Assembly (NCBI GenBank): GCA_951406725.2
Contig: OX597818.1
Coordinates: 94,674,001 to 94,738,000, forward strand
Direction: 5' to 3'
Length of the DNA stretch: 64,000 nucleotides
Source: Octopus vulgaris
Taxonomy: Eukaryota
Below are positions 27,020 through 42,148 of this stretch, one piece after another. Every line of letters begins with the position of its first letter. Within the stretch, counting starts at the first letter, position 1. Position numbers and translations under genes: made by a program. The notes under the pieces are model-generated. The model worked only from the letters and a program-made list of their open reading frames with translations, was not told the origin of the DNA and did no database searches.

Positions 27020-27234
27020 CATCATCATCATCATCATCGTTTAGCGTCCGTTTTCCATGCTAGCATGGGTTGGACGGTTCTACTGGGGTCTGTGAAGTCA
27101 GAAGGCTTCGTCAAATCTGGCAGTGTTTCTACGGCTGGATGCCCTTCCTAACGCCGACCACTCCGTGAGTGTAGTGGGTGCTTTTTACGTGCCACCCGCA
27201 CAGGTGCCAGGCAGAGCTGGCACAGGTGCCAGAC
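27020..27234 (-). mobile_element. RTE 3' UTR fragment
   Basis: (CAT)n then cgtttagcgtccgttttccatgctagcatggg... Confidence 0.9.
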
Positions 27235-27347
27235 ATATATATATAAATATATATGTATGTATGCATACATACACATATATGCATATATATGCATACATGC
27301 ATATACATATATGCATGCATGCATATACATATATGCATATATAGATA

Positions 27348-27607
<260 letters not shown>

Positions 27608-27626
27608 ATATATATGTATGTGTATG

Positions 27627-27659
<33 letters not shown>

Positions 27660-27786
27660 ATATATATATGTATGTGTATATATATATGTATGTGTATATA
27701 TATATGTATGTGTATATATATATGTATGTGTATATATATATGTATGTGTATATATATATATATATATGTATGTGTATATATATATG

Positions 27787-27835
<49 letters not shown>

Positions 27836-27900
27836 ATATATATATATGTATGTGTATATATGTATGTGTATGTGTATATATATGTGTATGTGTATATATA

Positions 27901-30460
27901 TACTTTGATAGGTTTCGGCCATTATTGGCCCAGGCCATGTCTAACTTAATAGCACCACCTGGTGAAGTCTTTCAAGTCAGAATTTGGGCACTATGGCCCA
28001 CTCAAGTAGAGAGTTATTGTTTACAGAGACATATCCGGGTGTAGGGGGTTTATCCGGGATTTCTTGAAGGAATCTGTCCAAAGACTTCTTGAACCCTATA
28101 GGGTCAGTTTCTGTTTTAATGTGTTTTGGTGTAATGTTAAAGAGAGCGGGGCCAATTGAGGTGAAATAATTGTGCCGTATTGTTGTTATGAGATGAGAGT
28201 GCGATTTTTGTTTTGGGCGAATGGCACGGGGCCCAAGCCTTGGATGTACCTTAAAGGTGATGCCAACATCATTTGGGCAATTCTGATGGAATATTTTCCA
28301 CATCATGCAGATGATGTAGCGCTCACGACGACGTTGGAGAGAATAGAGTTTTAGCTTTTCTAGTCGACCCCAATAGTCGAGGCCTGTCATGCCATCTATC
28401 TTTTTTGTGATTGCCCTTTGAGGTGCTTCGACTTTTATGATACCTTGTATTGTGTGGGGAGACCACAGTGGACAACAGTATTCAAGGTGGGGTCGGGCAA
28501 AAGTGGAGAAGAGAAGGATAATGGTGTGGATATCTCTCGACTGGAAAGTTCTGAGAATCCAGGAACACATTCTGCGGGCCATGTCAACTTTGGTGTTTAT
28601 ATGAGTGGCCCAGCTTACGTTGTTGTCCACAATTACTCCCAAGTCTCTGATGTTGTTGGACGCCGCGAGAGTTTCACCTGAAGGAAGGGAGTATGGGAGT
28701 TTCAGGGCATCCTCTTTTCCAAAGTGGATTAGCTCAAATTTATCCTCGTTCAGCAGCATATTGTTTTTTTCTGCCCATTGGATAACAGCCAGTAGATCTG
28801 ACTGAAGGCATGTCCGGTCACTCGCCTCATTTATGACCTTCTGTAGCTTGGAGTCATCTGCAAAGATTTTTATGTTGCTGTGCTTGATGATGTCATTAAT
28901 GTCATTAATGTAAATGATGAAAAGAAGTGGGCCCAGCACAGTGCCTTGCGGAACGCCACTACTGACTTTGGCTGGGCTTGATTTTACCCCTTCAACTACA
29001 ACATGTTGAGATCTGTCTGTCAGGAAACACTTAATCCATTTCAGTAACTTTCTAGAGACACCAATGTTGGATAGTTTTTTCAATAGGATCTTGTGATCGA
29101 CCCTGTCGAAGGCCTTACTGAAATCAAGGTAGATGACATCGGTGTTGGAGCCCTCTCCCAAAGCTCTCAAAATGTCCTCAAAGTGATGCAGGAGCTGCGT
29201 TAGGCAGTCCCTTCCATTACGGAACCCATGTTGGTTGGAGATCAGCCGTCTGTTGCTTTCCAGAAATTGGGTTATTTGAGATCTCACCACCCTCTCAAAT
29301 ACCTTGATGATATGAGAGGTGAGTGAGATCGGACGGTAATTCACTGCAAGGGACTTGTTTCCCTTTTTGAAAACTGGGACAACAGACTGGGACAGAAGGT
29401 TTTTGGAATATAGCCAGCATCCAGTGAGTTTCTCCACAGATTAGCAAGGGGAGATGCAAGTTGGTGTCGACACACCTTCAGGACACAAGCAGGGAACCTA
29501 TCGGGGCCTACTGCTGAATTGTGTTTTATTTCGTTTATCGCCGCTAAGACATCAGGGGCACTAAACGTTATGTCCGATATAGTGTGTTGGGGGTTGACAT
29601 CACTGATACAGCCCAGATCGGCCATATCAGGATTGCTGAAAACAGAGCAGTATTGTTTCTGCAGTATCTCGGCCATGGATTTGGCATTATCTTGGAGAGT
29701 GCCAGTTTCGTCAATTAGAGGGCCTACAGTGGAGACAGTGACCCTGCGTTTCCTCGCAAATGAAAAGAACACTTTGGGGTTGAGTTTGATTTTTTCAATG
29801 GCCCACTTCTCCTCAGCTGATCTTTGGTTATTGATGAGGGACTTCATGCATTGTTGGAGGTTATATTTTTTGGATTCAAGCAGTGCGATAGCCGTCGAAT
29901 GTGTGTGTTGCTGTTGGCAGTACTTTAGTTTGTTAATTTTTTTGTTTGTTCTTTTTATTTTTCTGATAATGGTTTTTCTGTTTTGGGGGATTCTGCACTT
30001 TTTGTTCACAGGTCTTGGTGGGGAGTGTTTTGCACATATGTCTGTGACGGTGTCTACAAAGATCTGCCAAGATGTTTTATGGTTGGTGGAGATGTGTGTA
30101 TGTGTAAAGGACCAGTCAACATTTGATAGCTCGTTCCTGATTGCATCCCAGTTGGCTTTATGGAGATCCATGTTGTCAAATGGGTGGGCTGGAGGAAGGT
30201 CACTAGGATTAGCTTTCGGCTGGTGGAATTTCATGTTACAGAGAACCATGTCATGGTCTGAAAGAAGGGTTTTTTCCACTGTAACGTTATGTATAGTGTT
30301 AGTGTGGTTACTAAACACTAGGTCCAAAATGTTCTGATGTCTTGTTGGTGCAAGGACAAGTTGGGACAAGAAAAACTCATTCGTAAAGTCGAAAAGTGAC
30401 TCTGCTGCTTCTTTGTCAGCGGTTGAGGTGGGACAGCGGGACAGCGGTCAGCGGTTGAGG
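27901..30460 (-). mobile_element. 5'-truncated CR1-like LINE (end of EN plus RT), one frameshift
   Basis: PTR..NILDL and SDHD (EN); NYRPISLT, YLDFSKAFD, GVPQG, FADD (RT). ORFs 29341..30369 and 27977..29437 join at T5 (29400-29404). Confidence 0.93.
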
Positions 30461-30734
30461 CATATATATATACATACATACATATATATGTATGTATGTA
30501 TATATATGTATGTATGTATGTATGTATATATATATGTATGTATGTATATATATATATATGTATGTATGTATGTATATATATGTATGTATGTATATATATA
30601 TATATATGTATGTATGTATGTATATATATGTATGTATGTATGTATATATATATGTATGTATGTATGTATATATATATGTATGTATGTATATATATATGTA
30701 TGTATGTATGTATATATATATATATGTATGTATG

Positions 30735-30767
<33 letters not shown>

Positions 30768-31350
30768 GTATGTATATATATATATATGTATGTATGTATG
30801 TATGTATATATATATATGTATGTATATATGTATGTATGTATGTATGTATATATATATATATATATATGTATGTATATATATATATGTATGTATATATATA
30901 TATGTATGTATATATATATATATGTATGTATATATATATATGTATGTATATATATATATATGTATGTATATATATATATGTATGTATATATATATATATA
31001 TATGTATGTATATATGTATATATATATATATATGTATGTATATATGTATATATATATATATGTATGTATATATGTATATATATATATATGTATGTATATA
31101 TATATATATATATGTATGTATATATGTATATATATATATATGTATGTATATATGTATATATATATATATGTATGTATGTATGTATATATATGTATGTATG
31201 TATGTATATATATATATGTATGTATGTATATATATATATGTATGTATGTATGTATATATATATGTATGTATGTATGTATATATATATATGTATGTATGTA
31301 TATATATGTATGTATGTATATATATATATGTATGTATGTATATATATATG

Positions 31351-31395
<45 letters not shown>

Positions 31396-31410
31396 ATATA
31401 TATATATATA
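30461..31410. repeat. (TA)n/(TATG)n microsatellite
   Basis: Directly visible. Confidence 0.95.
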
Positions 31411-31571
31411 ATATAAAATAAATATAAGAGAGTGGTCACTATATTGCTCACTCTAGCACCAGTTAATCCAAAAGGTTTCAACCACGAAAATACATGCTTA
31501 CCATGAAAGTCAGTACGATTGTTAGCTCACACGGACAGGGCAAATAAAAAATAACAAAAATACAGATTAAT

Positions 31572-31646
<75 letters not shown>

Positions 31647-31665
31647 ATATATATATATATATATG

Positions 31666-31704
<39 letters not shown>

Positions 31705-31742
31705 ATATATATATATGTATGTATATATATATATATGTATGT

Positions 31743-34700
31743 ATCATCATCATCATCATCGTTTAACGTCCGCTTTCCATGCTAGCATGGGTTGGACGGT
31801 TCAACTGGGGTCTGGGAAGCCCGAAGGCTGCACCAGGCCAGTCAGATGTGGCAGTGTTTCTACAGCTGGATGCCCTTCCTAACGCCAACCACTCCGAGAG
31901 TGTAGTGGGTGATTTTATGTGCCACCGACACAGGTGCCAGACGAGGCTGGCAGACGGCCACGCTCAGATGGTGTTTTCTTATGTGTCACCGACACAGGTG
32001 CCAGACGAGGCTGGCGGACGGCCACGCTCGGATGGTGTTTGTTACGTGCCCTCAGCACGGAGGCCAGTCATTGCGGTACTGGCTACGGTCACGTTCGGAT
32101 GGTTTTCTTATGTGCCACCGGCACTGGTACCACAAGGATACAAATTCCATTGATGTTCATCTATTTTGATTTGGTTCGATTTGATTCGATATGATTCGAT
32201 TCTCACTTGCCTCAACAGGTCTTCACAAGTGTCACAAGAAGGAAGGTATGCACAGGTGGACTGACTACGTCCCAGGTAGGGGCCACGGATTATGGCTTCA
32301 CTAGTCTTGCCGGGTCTTCTCACGCACAGCATACTTCCATAGGTCTCGGTCTCTAGTCATTTCCATGGTGAGACCTAACGTCCGAAGGTCGTGCTTCACC
32401 ACCTCGTCCCAGGTTTTCCTGGGTCTACCTCTTCCACGGGTTCCCTCAACTGCTAGGGATTGGCACTTTCTCACACACCTATCTTCATCCATTCTCGCCA
32501 CATGACCATACCAGCGCAATCGTCTCTCTTGCACACAACAACTGATGCTTCTTAGGTACAACATTTCTCTCAAGGTACTAACGCTCTGTCGAGTAAGTAC
32601 ACTGACATTACACATCCATCGGAGCATACTGGCTTCGTTCCTCACGAGCTTACGCATGTCCTCAGCAGTCACGGCCCATGTTTCACTGCCATGTAGCATA
32701 GCTGTTCGTACACATGCATCATACAGTCTGCCTTTTACTCTGAGCGAGAGGCCTTTAGTCACCAGCAGAGGTAAGAGCTCCCTAAACTTTGCCCAGGCTA
32801 TTCTTATTCTAGCAGTTACACTTTCAGCGCACCCACCCCCACTACTGACTTGGTCACCTAGATAGCGGAAGCTATCAACTACTTCTAGTTTTTCCCCCCG
32901 GAAAGTGACAGAAGTTGTTTTCTGCAGATTTTCGGAGGTCAATGCTCCAGAGCACCTGCCACATACAAAAACTATCTTCCCAGTTAGCCTACCTTTGACA
33001 TTGCTGCACCTCTTATGTGTCCATAGCTTACACTGGGTACATCTTATAGAGTTTCTACCTACACCTTTTCTACAGATCGAGCAGGGCCATCTTCCTGAGG
33101 ATAGTTGTGGGTTTTCTACCTTTCTACTTATTAGTACTTTGGTTTTAGCTAGGTTGACTCTAAGGCCCCTCGATTCTAAACCCTCCTTCCACACCTGGAA
33201 CTTCTCCTCCAGTTCTGATAGTGACTCAGCGATTAGAGCGAGGTCGTCAGCATAGAGGAGCTCCCAGGGGCAACCTGTCTTGAATTCCTCCGTTATTGCC
33301 TGGAGGACTATGATAAATAGGAGGGGGCTGAGTACTGAACCCTGGTGGACCCCAACCTCTACTTTGAATTCTTCTGTGTACATGTTGCCAACTCTAACCT
33401 TACTTACGGCATCTCTGTACATGGCTTGCACAGCCCTCACCAGCCATTCATCTATCCCTAGTTTCCTCATTGACCACCAGATGAGGGATCGGGGGACCCT
33501 ATCAAAGGCTTTCTCCATGTCAACGAAAGCCAGGTACAGGGGCTTATCCTTGGCTAGGTATTTCTCCTGCAGCTGCCTTACCAGGAATATAGCATCAGTG
33601 GTGCTTTTCCCTGGGACAAACCCAAACTGCATCTCATCTAAACTAACTCTCTCTCTAATTAGTTGGGCTATGACCCTCTCCATAACCTTCATTACCTGAT
33701 CCAACAGCTTGATACCTCTGTAATTATTTGTATCCAGGGCATCACCTTTGCCTTTGTAGCAGTTGACTAGTATGCTGCTACACCAGTCATTGGGTATGAC
33801 TCCTTCGTGTATCACCTGGTTGACTATACGGGTGACTAGGTTATAGCCGACACTGCCAGATATTTTGAGCATCTCTGCAGTAATTCCTGATGGGCCTGGG
33901 GCTTTCCCTGTCTTCATGCTTCTAATTGCCTTAGCTACCACGGAACTATCAACTCGGATAGCTGGTCCCTCTGTTGGGTCAACATTTGGCAGACTCTCTT
34001 TATCCCATTCATTTTCTTTATTCAGCAAACTTTCATAGTGGCATCTCCAAACCTCTCTCTTTGCATCCTCATTTAGCGCAAGTGAACCATCATCCATGCG
34101 AACACACTTCTCTCCTACCACATCACGATTCTCTCTCACACACTGTCTTGCAACACGAAATACCTCAAGTCTTTCATCCTCACGGCTCAGAACATTGGCA
34201 AATGTTTTCTTATCCGCTTCCCCTCTGGCTAAATAAACCTGTCTCCTAGCTTCCCTTTTGGCTGTCTGATACAATTCCCTGCTACCACCGTTCTTCCAGT
34301 CCTTCCAAGCCTGTCTCTTTTGTCTAATAGCCCCGTCAACCACCGTGTTCCACCACCATGTAACTCTGGGTCGAGATGGTACTTTGCTCCATCCACAGAT
34401 CTGGTCAGTGGCTGTCAGCAGATTGTCCCGTAGGAATCTCCAGTTGTCTTCCACATTAAGTGAAGCTATATCCCCTTCTATTTCGTCAGAGGCTTCGAGT
34501 AGTATGTCTCTAAATCTCTGTCCATTTGCAGGATCTTTAAGCTTCCAGACCCTTCTCCTCCAAGCTGGTCTTCTTCTGGGCAACCATTTAGCTCTGATCC
34601 TGAAGTCGCTAACTACTAATCTATGTTGGGGAGTACATTCTTCGCCTGGGAAGGTTTTGGCATTTATAATCAGCCCTCTTTCCCTTTTTCTGGCAAGGAT

Positions 34701-34807
34701 GTAGTCAATCTGGCTGGTGTGTCTGCCAGAACGGTAGGTGACTAGGTGAGAGGTGGGTTTCCTGAAGTGGGTATTGCAGACCATAAGGTCATTTGCATCG
34801 CAGAACT
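31743..34807 (-). mobile_element. 5'-truncated RTE LINE with uninterrupted 827-aa ORF (EN C-terminus, RT, PHD insert) and (GAT)n tail
   Basis: SQIDYIL and QHRLV (EN); [68 protein letters not shown]. Confidence 0.95.
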
Positions 34808-34911
34808 ATGTATGTATATACATATATATATATACACATATATATATACATATATAGCTAATTATATACATATATATATATATATATGTAGAGATACAAA
34901 TATATATATGT

Positions 34912-37797
34912 ATCATCATCATCGTTTAACGTCCGTTTTCCGTGCTATCACGGGTTGGACGGTTCGACCGGGGTCTGGGAAGCCAGGGGCTGCACCAGGC
35001 TCCAGTCAGTTCTGGCAGTGTTTCTACAGCTGGATGCCCTTCCTAACGCCAACCACTCCGCGAGTGTAGTGGGTGCTTTTTACGTGCCACCGGCACAGGT
35101 GACAGGGGAGTCTGGCATCGGCCACGATCGTTTGGTGCTTTTCAATGTGCCACCGGCACGGAAGCCAGCCAAGGTGGCGCTGGCATCGGCCACGTTTGGA
35201 TGGTGCTTCTTATGTGCCACCGGCACAGAAGCCAGTCGAGGCAGCGCTGGCAACGGCCACGTTCGGATGGTGCTTTTCATGTTCCACCGGCACAGTTATC
35301 ACAACTACTATTTCCATTGATATTTGTTTCGATGTTTATGTACATGCACTTGACTCAAGGTCTCCTCAAGCACAGCGAGATGTTCTGGGATCCAAGGTAC
35401 TTTGAATGGGCAGGGGCTATGCGAAACTGTTGCCGGAAGCAGCCTGGGTCTTTGCAGTCACAGCACATCTCCAGAGATCTCGGTCCTTCGCCATTGCCTC
35501 AGTGAGGCCCAATGCTCTGAGGTCATGCTTGACTACCTCATCCCATGTCTTCCTGGGTCTACCTCTCCCCCTGATTCCTTCAACTGTTTGGGAGTGGCAC
35601 TTCTTCACACATCTCTCCTCATCCATCCGCAGTACATGACCATACCATCGCAAGCGTTGCTCTTGCACACCACATCTGATGCTTCTTATGTCCAGCATTT
35701 CTCTCAGGGTGCTTACACTGTCGTGCATGCACACTGACATTACACATCCAGCGGATCATGCTAGCTTCATTTCTTTCAAGTCGACACATGTCCTCTGCAG
35801 TCCACGGCCCATGTTTCACTACTGTGAAGCATGGCAGTTCCCACACATGCATCATACAATCTACCTTTCACTCTGAGCGAGAGACCCTTTGTTGCCAGTA
35901 GGGGTAGGAGCTTTCTAAACTTTGCCCAGGCTATTCGTATTCTAGTGGTGACACTCTCTGAGCATCCACCTCCACTACTGACTTGGTCACCCAGGTAGCG
36001 GAAACTATCGACTACTTCTAGTTTCTCCCCCTGGAGTGTGATGGAATCTGTTTTCTGCGTATTTGTGGTGTCTATTGTCCCTGTGCATCTGCCGCACATG
36101 AAAGCTATCTTATCAGTTAATTTCCCTTTGATGTTGCTGCACCTCTTATGCGTCCATAGCTTACACTGGGTGCATCTTATGGAGTTTCTACCTACACCTT
36201 TCCTACAGATCGAGCAGGGCCACCTGCCCGATGGGGTGTGTGCTGAGTTCGCCTTTCTGCTTACTATAACTTTGGTCTTTGCTACATTTACTCTAAGGCC
36301 CTTTGATTCTTACCCTTGTTTCCACACCCGAAATTTCTTTTCTAGTTCCGGTAGTAATTCTGCTATGAGAGCCAGGTCATCAGCATAGAGGAGCTTCCAG
36401 GGGCAACCTGTTTTGAATTCCTCTGTTATTGCCTGGAGGACTATGATGAATAAAAGGGGACTGAGGGCTGAGCCTTGGTGTACACCTAATTCTACCCGGA
36501 ATTCTTCACTATATTCGTTGCCAATCCTAGCCTTGGGATCGGGGGACCCTGTCAAAGGCTTTCTCCAAGTCCACAAAACTATGTAGAGGGGTTTATCTTT
36601 AGCTAGGTACTTCTCCTGCAGTTGTCGGACCAGGAATATAGCATCAGTGGTGCTTCTACCCGGCACAAAACTGAACTGCATCTCATCTAAGCAAATTCTC
36701 TCCCTAATGAGATGGGTTATGACCCTCACTGTGACCTTCATCACCTAATCCAACAGTTTAATACCCCTGTAGTTATTTCTATCTAGAGCATCACCCTTAC
36801 CCTTGTAGCAGTTGACTATGGTGCTGCTACGCCAGTCATTGTGTATGACTCCATTATGAACTACCTGGTTTACAATACGGGTGACTAGGCCATAGCCCAC
36901 ATAACCAGCTGTTTTAAGCATCTCAGCAGTGATTCCTGATGGGCCGGGGGCTTTACCTGGTTTCATACCCTTAATTGCCTTAACTACAAGGGAGCTGTCT
37001 ATTTGGATAGCTGGTCCCTCTACTGGGTCAACATTTGGCAGGCTCTCCTCCTCCCATTCATTCTCCACATTCAGCAGTCTTTCATAATGGCTTCTCCAAG
37101 CCTCTTTCTTTTCACCAACATTAAAAGCAAGTGCCCCATCATCCATGCGGACACATTTCTCTCCTGTAACATCACTATTTTCTCTCACACACTGTCTAGC
37201 AATCTGAAATACCTCAGTTCTTTGGTCCTCACGTCGCTGGACATTGGCAAACTTCTTCTTTTCTGCTATATCTTTGGCTATGTATACCTGCTGCCCGGCC
37301 TTCCTTTTGGCTACTTGGTACAGTTCCCTGCTACCCCCATCCCTCCAGCTTTCCAGGCCTGTTTCTTTGCACTAATGGCTTTGTCTACTGCACTATTCCA
37401 CCACCACGTAACTCTAGGTCTGGAAGGGACTTTGCACCATCCACAGACTTGGTCTGTGGCACTCAGCAAGCTGTTCCATAGGAATTTCCAGCTACCTTCT
37501 ATGTCCGACGTCTGTAGCTCCTCCTCCCCTCTCATCAATTTTTTTGATGAGGATGTCCCTAAATCTCTGACCATGTGAAGGGTTCTTTAGCTTCCAAATA
37601 CTTCTTTTCTGGATTGGTCTGTTTCTTGGAGTCCTTCTGGCCTCAAGCCTAAAGTCACTAATGATTAGCCTATGCTGAGGGTTACATTCTTCACCCAGGA
37701 GGGTCTTTGTATTTAAGAGCGACCCTGCATCCCGCTGTCTGGTGAGGATGAAGTCTATTTGGCTAGCGGAGTCTCCTGACTGATAAGTTATAAGGTG
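34912..37797 (-). mobile_element. Second 5'-truncated RTE LINE (sister subfamily, disrupted)
   Basis: Same motifs split over several ORFs; ~90-bp deletion near 36532; (GAT)n tail. Confidence 0.93.
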
Positions 37798-37897
37798 TAT
37801 GTGTGTATATATATATATATATGTATGTATGTATATATATATGTATGTATGTATATATATATGTATGTATGTATATATATATATGTATGTATGTATG

Positions 37898-37932
<35 letters not shown>

Positions 37933-38098
37933 ATATATATATATATATATGTATGTATATATGTATATATATATATGTATGTATGTATGTATATATATAT
38001 ATGTATGTATGTATGTATATATATATTATGTATGTATGTATATATATATTATGTATGTATGTATATATATATTATGTATGTATGTATGTATATATATG

Positions 38099-38130
<32 letters not shown>

Positions 38131-38144
38131 TATATGTATATAAC

Positions 38145-38520
38145 TATTGCAACGTGGAAGGTGTTTGTAAGCCATTTAAGAAACACAAAAAAGCCGTTCG
38201 ATTCACTTCAACATTTAAGTTTAATTTGTCAAAATATTTTCGTTACTTTAAGACCGCGACCTGTTCACTGACAAGAATCCGGGCTGCATCTGAGAAAGTA
38301 ACAGTTAGTTTGTTATATATATGTACGTATGTATGTGTGTATGCACGCATGTATGTATGCATGAATGTATGTACGTACGTACGCCTGTGTGTATGTATGT
38401 ATGCATGCGGTCTTAAAGTGCCGAAAATATTTTGATAAATTAAACTTAAATGTTGAAGTGAATCGAATGGCTTTTGTGTGTTTCTTAAATGGCTTACAAA
38501 CACCTTCCACGCTGCAATTG
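38145..38520. repeat. Inverted repeat, arms ~38145-38257 and ~38407-38519
   Basis: ORFs 37795(+) and 38243(-) both encode [24 protein letters not shown]. Confidence 0.9.
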
Positions 38521-38839
38521 TTTTCATTTCAGCACACGATCTCAGATCAAATCACTTGCTATGTAGGTACATCTCCGTAATATATATATATATACAGTCA
38601 AAAATTGTGAAGCATGACTGTCAACACTACTACATGAACCCGAAGATTGCAGAATTCAATGCATGAAAGTACTAGTTCAATCAGAATGAATATTTAACAT
38701 TCTACTATTTCACTTTATTTTATTCAATTATAATATATTATCTTATAATATATCATTATAAGATTGTAAATAAAACGTGAAAATCAGACAAGGTTGGATT
38801 CTTTTATTAATATATTCTTCTATACACAATCACACACAC

Positions 38840-38975
<136 letters not shown>

Positions 38976-38986
38976 TTATATATATA

Positions 38987-40579
<1,593 letters not shown>

Positions 40580-40672
40580 CAACAATTGAGGGTAAAATTA
40601 ATTAATTATTAATCAATTTCACCAAGTGTTCAGTATGCAAAGGGACCATTTAAGGCGAATTCAAATTATTAC

Positions 40673-40928
40673 ATTATATAAAAGGGCTTAGTAAAATAAA
40701 TTACTTTGCCGCATACTGAACTCATTAGAAATAGCAGCTAAAAAACTTTTTTAAAGCTATTTCTAATACTTTTCTAATATATTTATATATTTCTAATATA
40801 TTTATATATATATATATGAGATTTTCTTTAAGTATTAGAAATAGCTTTAAAAAAGTTTTTTAGCTGCTATTTCTAATGAGTTCAGTATGCGGCAAAGTAA
40901 TTTATTTTACTAAGCCCTTTTATATAAT
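40673..40928. repeat. Perfect ~99-bp inverted repeat with a 58-bp spacer
   Basis: 40673-40771 is the reverse complement of 40830-40928 (checked by eye). Confidence 0.92.

Positions 40929-42148
<1,220 letters not shown>

Noticed and set aside
29519-30337. 272-aa + strand ORF (and similar ORFs at 32545-34704, 43251-45000, 13555-14040)
   Set aside because: Antisense shadows of LINE ORFs.
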